Below are positions 8,584-18,600 of a stretch of 64,000 nt of DNA, piece after piece. Each line of letters starts with the position of its first letter. Within the stretch, counting starts at the first letter, position 1. Position numbers and translations under genes: made by a program. The notes beneath the pieces were generated by a model, which searched no databases, was not told the DNA's origin, and saw only the letters and a list, made by a program, of their open reading frames with translations. Origin of the DNA: Candidatus Omnitrophota bacterium (GTDB lineage Bacteria; Omnitrophota; Gorgyraeia; Gygaellales; Profunditerraquicolaceae); assembly GCA_025453395.1 (NCBI GenBank), contig JALOQK010000001.1, positions 166,313-230,312 of the forward strand, written 5' to 3'.

Positions 8584-9428
8584 TTCTTTCTCTTTCTGAA
8601 TTTAGAGCGGATAATAATCGCAATCAAGTTCATAAAAAGCACCATTACCAAAAGTACCAACGCTGTTCCATAGCGGATCTTTTCATCAACATTGGGGACT
8701 TGAGTTGAAATAACATACAAATGATACGGCAAAGCCATGGCTTGGCTAAATAAAGAATCGGGTAATCTGGGAAGATAAAACGCAGCCACCGTAAAAAGAA
8801 TGGGCGCTGTCTCACCAGCGGCTCTTCCTACACCCAAAATTGTCCCAGTAATAATTCCAGGGATGGCATTGGGTAAAACAATATTCCGGATCGTCTGCCA
8901 CCTTGTTGCTCCTAATGACCAGCTTACCTCGCGAAAAGAATACGGAACACTCTCCAAGGCCTCGCGGCTGGTTGTAATAATAATCGGCAAAATCATAATT
9001 CCTAAGGTCAAAGACCCGGATAAAATAGAAACTCCGAATTTCAAGAAAACAACAAATAACGCCAATCCGAAAAGCCCATAAACTACCGACGGAACACCTG
9101 CTAGATTGACAATCGCAAGCCTTATAAAACGCGTTAACAAATTATCCTTTGAATACTCACTCAAATATATTGCCGCCAAAAGCCCGATAGGCAAAGCAAA
9201 AATAATCGCCCCTGATACTAAATACAATGTCCCGATTATCGCCGGGAATATTCCGCCAGCGCGCATACCCTGCCGAGGTATATCAGTTAAAAATTGCCAA
9301 GTAACCCCTGCGATACCCTTTTGGATAATAATAAACACGATCATCCCTACCGGCACAACAATTAATAACGTGGCCAAGAAAAGAAAAAAGAAGGCGATTT
9401 TTTGTGTTCTATGAACAGATTTTCTCAT
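8577..9428 (-). CDS. pstA: Phosphate ABC transporter permease PstA
   Basis: 283 aa polytopic permease with an EAA-like loop (GATRWQTIRNIVLPNAIPGIITG). Its position follows pstC. Confidence 0.85.
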   Translation of the reverse strand: MRKSVHRTQKIAFFFLFLATLLIVVPVGMIVFIIIQKGIAGVTWQFLTDIPRQGMRAGGIFPAIIGTLYLVSGAIIFALPIGLLAAIYLSEYSKDNLLTRFIRLAIVNLAGVPSVVYGLFGLALFVVFLKFGVSILSGSLTLGIMILPIIITTSREALESVPYSFREVSWSLGATRWQTIRNIVLPNAIPGIITGTILGVGRAAGETAPILFTVAAFYLPRLPDSLFSQAMALPYHLYVISTQVPNVDEKIRYGTALVLLVMVLFMNLIAIIIRSKFRKRKKW

Positions 9429-10291
9429 TTTTCTCTATGCAAAAATAGGTCAGCGGTTATATTAATAGCAAAACTTATAATAAATAAAACAATGCCGATG
9501 GCAAAAAGCGCAAAGTAATGGTCGCTTCCTACTACTGTCTCGCCCATTTCCGCGGCAACTGTAGCTGTAAGGGTGCGCACCGGCTGTAAAATCGTATGCG
9601 GAATAACCGCGGAATTTCCCGTAATCATCATTACCGCCATAGTTTCTCCGATTACTCTTCCTAACCCCAGCATCACCGCAGCTAAAATCCCGGGGCGCGC
9701 CGCAGGAAGGATCACCCTCCAAATCGTCTGCCAATGCGTAGCCCCTAAAGCAAAGGCGCCCTCTTTATAGCTCTTGGGCACAGAATAAAGCGCATCCTCA
9801 GCAATAGAAACTATTGTCGGGGTAGCCATAAAAGCTAACATGATTGACCCGGAAAGAGCAGTTAGGCCAGTAGGTATGTGAAAAATTTGTTTTACCCACG
9901 GCACTAAAGTTACCATCCCGATAAACCCTAAAACAACACTGGGTATTGCTGCCAAAAGTTCTATGCCGGATTTTAAAACTTCTTTAATCTTTGACGGCGC
10001 TACCTCTGCGATATACACTGCGCAGGCAACCCCAATGGGTATGGAAATAACCGCCGCGCCAAAAGTAACAAGAAGCGACCCCATGATAAGCGGCAATATC
10101 CCTAAACTGGGAGGCTCGGATATGGGATACCAGCTTTTTCCGAATAGAAAGGCAAACGGGGAGTAACCTTTAAAAAGAGCCAAGCCCTCTTTTAAAAGAA
10201 ATAGAAAAATAAGTACTACAAAAACTATGGAAGCTAATCCGCAAATAAGGATTAGTTTCTCAATGACGAACTCTTTAATGGTACGGAACAT
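9425..10291 (-). CDS. pstC: Phosphate ABC transporter permease PstC
   Basis: 288 aa permease (GATHWQTIWRVILPAARPGILAA) located between pstS and pstA. Confidence 0.85.
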   Translation of the reverse strand: MFRTIKEFVIEKLILICGLASIVFVVLIFLFLLKEGLALFKGYSPFAFLFGKSWYPISEPPSLGILPLIMGSLLVTFGAAVISIPIGVACAVYIAEVAPSKIKEVLKSGIELLAAIPSVVLGFIGMVTLVPWVKQIFHIPTGLTALSGSIMLAFMATPTIVSIAEDALYSVPKSYKEGAFALGATHWQTIWRVILPAARPGILAAVMLGLGRVIGETMAVMMITGNSAVIPHTILQPVRTLTATVAAEMGETVVGSDHYFALFAIGIVLFIISFAINITADLFLHREK

Positions 10292-10301
10292 AAAAAACCT
10301 T

Positions 10302-10336
10302 TCAGCTGTCAGCTATCAGCTATCAGCTTTCAGCTA
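10302..10336. repeat. Heptamer minisatellite (TCAGCTN)x5
   Basis: tcagctg tcagcta tcagcta tcagctt tcagcta, followed by aaatacataaaactagaaatcgcaa. A second locus is at 24744-24777. Confidence 0.7.
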
Positions 10337-10359
10337 AATACATAAAACTAGAAATCGCA

Positions 10360-10432
10360 ACCCGACCCCCCTACCCTAAACCCGCAACTCACCCCCACCC
10401 CAGACCCATAACCCGCGCCCCACTACTCACCC
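10360..10432. other. About 73 bp C-rich tract, G-rich on the pst mRNA strand, in the pstS-pstC intergenic region
   Basis: cccgacccccctaccctaaacccgcaactcacccccaccccagacccataacccgcgccccactactcaccc. On the transcribed strand this gives G-tracts of 3-7 G (GGGTAGGGGGGTCGGG etc.), a potential G-quadruplex. Confidence 0.5.
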
Positions 10433-10433
10433 T

Positions 10434-11303
10434 TTACTTTTTGATTGGCACAAAGTCTGTTTCTAAAACAATCTTCTGGCCTTCGGCAGACAAAATAAAA
10501 TCAATAAACTTTTTTACCTCTTCTTTGGGCTGGCCATTGGTATATAAAAATAAGGGCCTAGAAATAGGATAGGCGCCTTTTACCACATTGTCTATTGTAG
10601 GCTCAACGTAAGCAGATTTCTCATCCTTTGCCACAGAAACAGCCTTTTGCTTGGAAGAAATATAGCCCATCCCATAATAACCGATACAGCCGGAGTTATT
10701 TGCTACCTCATCGGCAATAGCCTGCGAAGAAGAAAGCATCAGGGCTTCTGGAGCAAATTCTGATTTATCGTTAGGGTCATTGTTCCTTAAAACATGCTCC
10801 TTTAAATATACATGCGTGCCGGAATTTACCTCACGCGAAAGAATAACGATCTTGGAATCGCTTCCTCCTAATTCTTTCCAGTTCTTGACCCTGCCGGTGA
10901 AAATATCAGCCAGTTGTTTCATGGTTAACCGGCCTACCGGGTTAGAAGGATTTACCACTATTGCCAAGCCGTCAAGGGCGGCCTTTATCTGATTGGGCTC
11001 TACGCCTTTTTGCCGGGCAAGCTGAATTTCTTTTTGTTTGATTTCTCTGGAGCTGGCGGCAATATCACAGCTTGAATTAATTAAGCTTGCGATACCAGTC
11101 CCCGAACCGCCCCCCGTAACCGCGATAAATTCATTGGGATTAGTTTCCATGTATTTCTCCGCCCAACTTTGGGCAAGATTAACCATAGTGTCTGAACCTT
11201 TGATCTGGATAGATTGCTGTTTGCCAAAGACAAACGATAGAACAAAACAAGATAAAACTAAAAACACTCCCAAGCTCACCCTCACCCTATCCCCATAACT
11301 CAT
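10434..11303 (-). CDS. pstS: Phosphate ABC transporter substrate-binding protein PstS
   Basis: 289 aa with a signal peptide and a PBP fold. It contains the PstS-type blocks (GSDTMVNLAQSWAEKY; TGGGSGTGIASL; SREVNSGTH). The RBS gagaggtga precedes the ATG. Confidence 0.85.
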   Translation of the reverse strand: MSYGDRVRVSLGVFLVLSCFVLSFVFGKQQSIQIKGSDTMVNLAQSWAEKYMETNPNEFIAVTGGGSGTGIASLINSSCDIAASSREIKQKEIQLARQKGVEPNQIKAALDGLAIVVNPSNPVGRLTMKQLADIFTGRVKNWKELGGSDSKIVILSREVNSGTHVYLKEHVLRNNDPNDKSEFAPEALMLSSSQAIADEVANNSGCIGYYGMGYISSKQKAVSVAKDEKSAYVEPTIDNVVKGAYPISRPLFLYTNGQPKEEVKKFIDFILSAEGQKIVLETDFVPIKK

Positions 11304-11343
11304 GCCTCACCTCTCATTCTTTAATTTATAATTCTACCTTTAA

Positions 11344-12012
11344 CTAACGTGCCTTAATCGCTAATAATTTAATCAGATCTGCCGCATCTTCTATTTTATC
11401 AGTTACTCCTTCAAGGTATTCCGCCAACTGATAACAAAGCAATAAACTGACCGGATCCAAATCAACGCTTATGATGGATTCTATTAAAAGTTTCTTCTGG
11501 TCATCTGCTGCGTGTTCCAAGCGGTCCACTTCCTCACAATCCTGCAGGGCCTTCTTAAGGTCGTTCTTGGTCAGGCTGTCAATGCCGTCTTTAAACTTAG
11601 TAATAGAATCTAAAATAAGTTTTGTCCCGGCGGAAATATTGTCCAGGATATCTTTGGGAAGCTTTTTCTGGATAAAACCTAAAAGCCGCGCGGCGCCGTT
11701 TGTCCAGTCCGCGATTTTATCCAGCGTCTTGACAAAATGCATCAAGTCTTCTCTGTCTGGAGGCAATAAAAGCCCTTCGGAAAGCTCTTTGACCATCTTG
11801 GACCTTAGGATATCCGCCTGATGCTCGCTTTCCGCTACTTTTTCTATGGCCGACTTCTTCACTTCCGCGTCCTGGCGGATAAAGGCAGCAACGGCTTCGG
11901 AAAAATAGGTAACAGTTTTATAGGTTTCCTGGACGTGTTTCTGGGCGTCAATAAGGATAGACTGCTCTTCAGCCATGCCCAGCCACCCAAGGATATTTCT
12001 GGTTTCTTTCAT
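11344..12012 (-). CDS. DUF47-family phosphate transport regulator (PhoU-like, PitA-associated)
   Basis: Helical protein whose FEEQ-like N-terminus matches the DUF47 family, which pairs with PiT transporters. It overlaps the 3' end of pitA. The start is placed at MKETRNILGWLGMAEEQ; the ORF track extends it to 12039. Confidence 0.65.
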   Translation of the reverse strand: MKETRNILGWLGMAEEQSILIDAQKHVQETYKTVTYFSEAVAAFIRQDAEVKKSAIEKVAESEHQADILRSKMVKELSEGLLLPPDREDLMHFVKTLDKIADWTNGAARLLGFIQKKLPKDILDNISAGTKLILDSITKFKDGIDSLTKNDLKKALQDCEEVDRLEHAADDQKKLLIESIISVDLDPVSLLLCYQLAEYLEGVTDKIEDAADLIKLLAIKAR

Positions 12013-12025
12013 TGTGAACCTCCTT

Positions 12026-13006
12026 CTAGATTTTGACAAAATTAATTATTATTTTCAAAATGATAAAACTCATTACCCCGGAAACAAAAGGTGTTGCCAG
12101 CCAGCAGAAAATTATATCTTTAATGATCCTAAAATTAAGCACCCTTATTCCTTTTACCAGGCCCACTCCAAAAATCGCCCCCACAATGGAGTGGCTGGTA
12201 GAAACAGGAATACCAAAAATTGTATAGATATGCACATTAATAGCGCTTGCTAACTGGGCGGAAAAAGCCATTAGCGGCAATAGCCGGGTAATTTCACTTC
12301 CAATAGTTTCAATGACCTTATAACCCCAGGTCACAATGCCTAAAATTATGGCGACACCCCCAATGACCACACTTACCCCGGGAGTTAAAATCCCGCTTCC
12401 GGCAATAACTCCGGTTGCGTTTGCCACATCATTAGCCCCCCAGGTAAAAGCCACATAACAGCCTCCCATAGTAACAAGGGCCGACATCACCGGCTTCACA
12501 AACCTTCTGGGGACTATCCGGTAGAAGATATTTTTAAACACGCTATAGAAAATATACCCCAATACTACAGCCCCCAAAGGGGTAAATACCCAACAAACAA
12601 AGATATCCTGCAATGCTTTCCATTTTATGGGAGCACCAACCGCTAATCCCGCCCCGGCAACCGCCCCGACGATAGAATGGCTTGTGGAAATAGGCATCTT
12701 CCAGTAAGTAGCAAGCGCCACCCAGCAACAGGCCGCAAAACAGGCCACAAGCGCTATGTATAAGGAAATATTCTTGGGCAATTGATCCAAAGGGACGATC
12801 CCTCGCCCAATGGTTTTCACAACCGCTGAACCCTGCAGAAGAGCGCCTAAAAAGCCGAATATACAAATTAAAATTATTGCCTGGCGAAGCGATAAAACAC
12901 GAGAGCCGACTGCCACGCCTAAAGAATTGGCTGCGTCATTAGCCCCGATAGACCAGCCAACCGCTAGCCCCATAAGAATGGTAAAACCGATAAGAAGTAT
13001 GTTCAT
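12026..13006 (-). CDS. pitA: Inorganic phosphate transporter, PiT family
   Basis: Duplicated GANDAANSLG and GANDVANATG motifs within a 326 aa polytopic protein. Confidence 0.85.
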   Translation of the reverse strand: MNILLIGFTILMGLAVGWSIGANDAANSLGVAVGSRVLSLRQAIILICIFGFLGALLQGSAVVKTIGRGIVPLDQLPKNISLYIALVACFAACCWVALATYWKMPISTSHSIVGAVAGAGLAVGAPIKWKALQDIFVCWVFTPLGAVVLGYIFYSVFKNIFYRIVPRRFVKPVMSALVTMGGCYVAFTWGANDVANATGVIAGSGILTPGVSVVIGGVAIILGIVTWGYKVIETIGSEITRLLPLMAFSAQLASAINVHIYTIFGIPVSTSHSIVGAIFGVGLVKGIRVLNFRIIKDIIFCWLATPFVSGVMSFIILKIIINFVKI

Positions 13007-13009
13007 GAT

Positions 13010-13690
13010 TTATTTTGCTTCTTTTTCACCAGCGCATGACTTAACGCAGACTCCGCATATATATTGATCCACCAATCTTTGTTTCTGGAACTGTTTTAAC
13101 TTCTCAAAACATTTCATATGGTCAAAATCTTCTTTTTTCTCTTTAATTGCCTGCGCGGGGCATATTTTCAGGCAAGAAAAGCATTTCCCGCAGGATTCAC
13201 CAGAGGGCTTATCGGCCTTAAGCGGCATATCAGTAAGAATAGTAATAAGGCGCATTTGGCTGCCATATTTCTTATTCACCAAAAGATTATTTCTGCCTAT
13301 CCAGCCTATCCCCGCAAGGGCCGCTATTTTCTTATGCGATAAATGCGCGGACTGCTTTTGCCAATCCACTATCTGGGAGGCGGGAATGCTTAAAGCGCGG
13401 AAACCTTTTTTCTGAATATGCCTGGCAACACGCAAAGATAGCTGATCCAAAAACATATTCACGCTTCGGTAATGATGAAAATAAAGCCGCGTGGGAGCAT
13501 CCTCTATATCTTCAAGAACAGCGCTTGATAAACACACCCCCAAAGATATAGCAAACTTTAACTTTTCTTTGATTTTATTAGACAGAATTAACTCTTCTTT
13601 AAGATGGCCTATATCGCAAACCCCAAAAACATCCGCGCCTGAATCAAGAGAGAATTTCTTAAGCGAAAGGTAAGCTTTAGCCTTATCCAT
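13010..13690 (-). CDS. QueG-like (epoxyqueuosine reductase family) 4Fe-4S protein, short form
   Basis: DUF1730-like block AALAGIGWIGRNNLLVNKKYGSQMRLITILTD and ferredoxin motifs CGKCFSCLKICP and CGVCVKSC. At 226 aa it is shorter than canonical QueG and lacks the C-terminal HEAT region. Confidence 0.5.
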   Translation of the reverse strand: MDKAKAYLSLKKFSLDSGADVFGVCDIGHLKEELILSNKIKEKLKFAISLGVCLSSAVLEDIEDAPTRLYFHHYRSVNMFLDQLSLRVARHIQKKGFRALSIPASQIVDWQKQSAHLSHKKIAALAGIGWIGRNNLLVNKKYGSQMRLITILTDMPLKADKPSGESCGKCFSCLKICPAQAIKEKKEDFDHMKCFEKLKQFQKQRLVDQYICGVCVKSCAGEKEAK

Positions 13691-15596
13691 GATTTTTCTT
13701 CAGGTGAACCATTAAAATAGAGATTGCAACCGGAGTAACCCCGGAAATACGCGAGGCATGCCCTAAATTCAAAGGCTTCAAATTAATAAGCTTCTCTTTT
13801 ATCTCACGCGAAAGCCCGTTAATTGCTTTATAATTTATTTCTTCCGGAATACGGATTTTTTCAAGGTGCTTGAAACGTTGCACCTGCGCAAGCTGCCGCT
13901 TAATAAAACCGCTATATTTTACCTCAATTTCCACTTCCCGCAAAGCAAAATCGGGAATTTCTGATATCTGCGGGGCAAAACTGCCCAAATCCTTAATCCC
14001 CACTTCCGGGCGCTTCAGGATATCTTCCAAAGACGTTGTTTTTTGCAAGCTTCTGGTGCCTAAACTTTCCAATATTTTGTTTATTTTATCTGCCGGCTTA
14101 ACGCGATGACGATTCAATAAATTTATCCCGCTTATTACAGCCTTCTCTTTGGCTTGTGTTTTATTATACTCTTTTTTGCTAACCAAACCCAAATCAAACC
14201 CATGTTTCCTAAGGCGCAAGTCCGCGTTATCCTCGCGGATAATAAGGCGGTATTCCACGCGCGAGGTAAACATCCGGTATGGCTCCTGGGTGCCCTTGAC
14301 CACCAAATCATCAATCAAAACCCCGATGTAACTGGTGCTTCTATCCAAAATAAACCTTTCTCTTTTTTGACAAGACAAACCGGCATTGATCCCGGCAATT
14401 AACCCAAGACTGGCAGCCTCTTCATAACCGGTAGTGCCGTTGATCTGCCCGGCTAAAAAAAGATTTTTAATGCGTTTGGTTTCAAGCGTAGGAAAAAGCT
14501 GTGTTGGAGAAACCACATCGTGCTCAATGCCATAGCCAAAACGCAATACCTTCGCCTCCTCTAAACCCTCTATCGCATGCAAAAACTTAAGCTGCACATC
14601 TTCAGGAAGGCTGGTAGATAAGCCATTAGGATAAATTTCATTGCCTGCTCTTGCTTGCGGCTCTAAAAATATCTGATGCCTGGCGCGCTCGGGAAAACGC
14701 ACGATCTTATCCTCTATTGACGGGCAATAACGCACGCCGGTAGATTTAATAATGCCGGCGTAAAGAGGAGAACGGTTAAGATTATCGGCAATAATTTTAT
14801 GCGCCTTTTGATTGGTATGGGTAATATGGCAGGCAAGCTGTTTTAGATTTATTTTAGAACTGGAAAATGAAAATGGGGCAGGCGGATTATCGCCTTCCTG
14901 GATGATGGTGCGGGAAAAATCTATTGTGTTTTTATCCAAACGCGGGCAAGTCCCGGTCTTAAAACGCAAAATATCAAATCCCAGGGCCTTAAGGTTGTTT
15001 GATAAATCTATTGCCGCCGGCTCATTGATCCTTCCGGCAGAATGATGCTCTAGGCCAATATGCACTATGCCATTTAAAAATGTGCCCGCAGCGATAACTA
15101 CGCAGGATGAATATAATTCTTCCTTGTCAGTTGTTTTAACCCCGCAAACCTTATCCGCTTGAATAATAAGAGAGGAAACTTGCGCTTCTTTTATTGCCAG
15201 GTTCTTCTGCTCTGATAAAAGCTTGCGCATATATTCATTATACGCGTACATGTCTATCTGGGCGCGGGATGACTGCGCTGCCGGGCCCTTTGAAGAATTC
15301 AATATTCTAAATTGTATCGCGCAAAAATCAGCAGCCTTTCCCATCACCCCGCCAAGCGCGTCTATTTCTTTTACAAGCTGGCCCTTGCCTACTCCTCCGA
15401 TAGCCGGGTTACAACTCATCAAGCCTATGTCCTTGGCGCTTAAAGTAATAATTAAAGTCTGGCATCCCATGCGCGCGCAGGCTATGCTCGCTTCAATGCC
15501 GGCGTGGCCGGCGCCGACGACAATCACATCAAAAAAACATGGGGACGGTTCTGTTTTCTTAAAAACAGAACCGTCCCCTTTATTTTTTTCCTTCAT
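13683..15596 (-). CDS. mnmG: tRNA uridine-5-carboxymethylaminomethyl modification enzyme MnmG (GidA)
   Basis: FAD motif DVIVVGAGHAGIEASIACARMG, MnmG length, and the C-terminal GidA-associated domain. The first ~18 codons are encoded by a palindromic repeat (see findings), so the start is uncertain. Confidence 0.9.
   Translation of the reverse strand: MKEKNKGDGSVFKKTEPSPCFFDVIVVGAGHAGIEASIACARMGCQTLIITLSAKDIGLMSCNPAIGGVGKGQLVKEIDALGGVMGKAADFCAIQFRILNSSKGPAAQSSRAQIDMYAYNEYMRKLLSEQKNLAIKEAQVSSLIIQADKVCGVKTTDKEELYSSCVVIAAGTFLNGIVHIGLEHHSAGRINEPAAIDLSNNLKALGFDILRFKTGTCPRLDKNTIDFSRTIIQEGDNPPAPFSFSSSKINLKQLACHITHTNQKAHKIIADNLNRSPLYAGIIKSTGVRYCPSIEDKIVRFPERARHQIFLEPQARAGNEIYPNGLSTSLPEDVQLKFLHAIEGLEEAKVLRFGYGIEHDVVSPTQLFPTLETKRIKNLFLAGQINGTTGYEEAASLGLIAGINAGLSCQKRERFILDRSTSYIGVLIDDLVVKGTQEPYRMFTSRVEYRLIIREDNADLRLRKHGFDLGLVSKKEYNKTQAKEKAVISGINLLNRHRVKPADKINKILESLGTRSLQKTTSLEDILKRPEVGIKDLGSFAPQISEIPDFALREVEIEVKYSGFIKRQLAQVQRFKHLEKIRIPEEINYKAINGLSREIKEKLINLKPLNLGHASRISGVTPVAISILMVHLKKNHG
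15541..15578. repeat. Palindromic hairpin element, copy 1 (GGGGACGGTTCTGTTTT-ctta-AAAACAGAACCGTCCCC)
   Basis: Perfect 17 bp stem. It is flanked by T7 on the minus strand and by TTTATTTTTTT on the plus strand, giving a terminator-like shape in both directions. It lies inside the 5' end of mnmG, 28 nt after the nrdJ stop. Confidence 0.7.
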
Positions 15597-15605
15597 TTCA
15601 AAAAC

Positions 15606-18600
15606 CTAACACTTAGAATAACCGCAATGGCACTTCACGCATCCTTCTTCATGCCGAAGCGTACCTCCGCAATCCGGACAAACCCCCACAATATCAGCGC
15701 CATTATCACTGACAGACGAAGGTTGATCATCATGCGAATGTTTCATGGCAATCTCAGCCATCTCTTGAACTAGTTTTTGAGTAGGGACATTTACCAGCCG
15801 CTTTTCAATAACCCGGGCAATAGCATCAGCGCAGGAAAAGATTCTTTGCCCCTTTTCCCACGAAGGGCTGGGGCAGCGGATATTGCGCAACTGCTCAATA
15901 ATAGATTTTACCTCTACGCCGGCTCTGAAACTCAAAGAAACAAGCCTGCCAATGGCTTCTAATTGCGAACCTGCGCAGCCGCCGGCTTTGCCCATCTGGG
16001 TAAAAAGCTCAAAAGGCCTGGCCTCCTGATCCACGTTAATGGTCACATACAAATTGCCGCAGCCGGTAGCAACTTTAGTGGTAGTGCCACTTATAACTTC
16101 GGGGCGCGGACGAGGGCTTATTTTGCCTGACTCCACAATATTAACCACCATAGACTCTTGAACTTTTTCTTTATCTTTCCTGGCAATATTTAAAACCTGC
16201 TCCTGACGGCTGTTATCGCGGTAAATAGTCAACCCCTTGCAATTTAATTCATAGGCCATCAAATAGGCCTTTCTCACATCTTCAATAGTAGCATCATTTG
16301 GAAAGTTTATCGTCTTAGAAGTAGCATTATGAACGTATTTCTGAAAGGCAGCCTGCATACGCACGTGCCACTCAGGAGTTATGTCATGGGCAGTGACAAA
16401 CACGCGCTTCACATCAGCAGGGACTTCTTCAATATCTTTTAAAGAAGCATGCTCCGCTATTTTCTCCATCAATTCCCGGCTGTAAAACCCTCTTTCCTTG
16501 GCAACTTCTTCAAATAAAGGCTCTACCTCCACAAGTTTATCATTATCCATAACATTTCTATAATAAGAAATCGCGAACAACGGTTCAATCCCAGAAGAAC
16601 AGGGACCGGCAATAATGCTTATCGTCCCGGTGGGAGCGATAGTAGTCAAGGTGGCATTGCGCAAATAAGATCCGCCATCTTTTTTATCATAGATACTTCC
16701 CTTGAATGCCGGGAAAACGCCTCTGTCTTTGGCAAGCTCCTGGGATTTCTTGGTTGCTTCATCAAGAATAAACGCCATGAGTTTCTCAGCTAATTCCACC
16801 GCTTCTTCAGAATTATAAGGAATGCCTAAACGGATTAAAAGGCTGGCCCAGCCCATCACCCCTAAGCCGATTTTACGGGTGCGCTTAGTAGCTCTTTCTA
16901 TATCGGGAAGCGGGAATTTATTTACATCTATAATATTATCCAAGAAATGCACTGCGGTTTGAGTAACCCTTCCTAATCTCTCCCAGTCTATTTCGATCTT
17001 CGCGCCATTTTTCTTATACATAAGGTCCAAATTAATGGAGCCCAAATCACAGCTTTCATAGGGCAAAAGAGGCTGTTCGCCGCAATCAAGTGAAATAAAT
17101 CCATTTGAAATAAAGGTTAGGGTCTGCGGTTCTGTTAAATCGTATACTGTTTCTTCCCCGCATGAAGTTACGCTTTCAACCGTTTCCTCAAAACTATCTT
17201 TAAAATAATCCTTGCTATAAAACTTTGCTGTCTTTTGAGAATGCCTTTCGCACATAAAACCGACTATTTCTAAAAATTTCATAACGCTTTCTCTGGATAT
17301 TTCTAATTCAAAACAAACACCGTCAGTCTTATAATTTTTTTCCTCGCCAGATTTTGTTAAGTAAGCGAAACAAGTTCTTTCCCCCCTATTTCTATCGTAT
17401 ATTCGTGATTTTATCCCCAAATTCAACAAGATAATTTGAACTCCTTTAAGAAGTTTATCGGATTTCGCAGTAAGCCGGACATATGAAGAATGCTCTTCTT
17501 TATAGTTAACCGTCCCGTCGGCAGTAAATAACCCCTGCAGAAAACCAATAATTGCTTCCTTAGGCGCCGTATAAATTGATTCCGGCACTTCTTTGCCTTG
17601 GGCCTTACAAACTTTTACTCCTAACTGCTTAAAGAAATCTACGAAATATTTACTATGATACGAAAGATGATACACATTATTTTCTCTTAATACCTCCTTG
17701 ATATCCTGCCCATAGAAACCATTGAGAATAGGTTTCATATATTCGAGAACGGTTTTATCATCCTGGCTGAATGTGAAACCTGCGCGGCAATTTTTATCGC
17801 CATCCCTTAGCCAACCATCGCCGACAAGCAGCCCTAACACCTGCCCAAGCTGCTTGGACCATTTTTCGGGCAAATTTAATTTATAGCCTCTGCCATTTTC
17901 TCCTTTGAATTCATTACAAACTTCAAAAGGCAGGCTATTGTCGGAATTAAAAGGTATGCCCTGCGGCTGGATAATAACCTTATCTTTATGCAAAGTTAAA
18001 TCTTGAACCTTTACCCAGCCATGCGTAGTCATAAGCTGATGATCCGCGGTGGCAACTAATTCAAACCCGGATTTTGTCGTAACTTTGAAAACTGGCTTAA
18101 CGCCTGTTTTAAAAGCCGCGGAAATCACATTTTGCGAAAGAGCCAATTTTGCCTCTGTGGCTACAGCTGCGTGCTCTTTGCTTCCATAAAGAATTTCTCC
18201 TACCCTATCGTCGGTAAATATAGCTATGCCGCCGGAACTGTAATTCTTGGCCAAATCCCTCATCCTGACTAACCCTTTTTCAGTAGAAATAAAAGTATCC
18301 CCTGTGACGCATGGGTTGGTGCTTTGAATTTGGCCTAATTTCGGAGTGGGATTGCCTTCGTTCATGCGATCAATAAAAATTATGCCGGGTTCTCCATTTT
18401 TATGCGCCTGCTTAACAATCAGATCAAAGACCTCTCTTGCGGAAATCTTCTTTACCAGCTTATCATTATGCGGCTCGCGCACCTCATACTCCTGCCCGCT
18501 TTGAAGCTTATCCATAAACTCGTCGGTAATAGCCACCGAAATATTAAAATTGGTGATCTGGTGGTTATCTTCTTTGCAGGTAATAAATTCTAAGATATCC

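Noticed and set aside
9462-9734. 90-aa minus-strand ORF inside pstC in another frame, rich in Gly/Arg/Asp
   Set aside because: Alternative-frame artefact of the pstC coding sequence. The same applies to 12543-12866 inside pitA.
15223-15609. 128-aa plus-strand ORF ending ...HGDGSVFLKTEPSPLFFSFISKT at the mnmG/nrdJ junction
   Set aside because: It is antisense to mnmG. Its C-terminus is simply the palindromic hairpin element read on the other strand, which is why it mirrors the mnmG N-terminal peptide.
17085-18311. Alternative intein C-terminal boundary at ...FISN (Asn676), giving a canonical terminal Asn
   Set aside because: It would leave Gly as the +1 extein residue and insert GFISLD into the conserved NPCGE active-site motif. 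The boundary before Cys683 is the only one that restores NP-CGEQPL.
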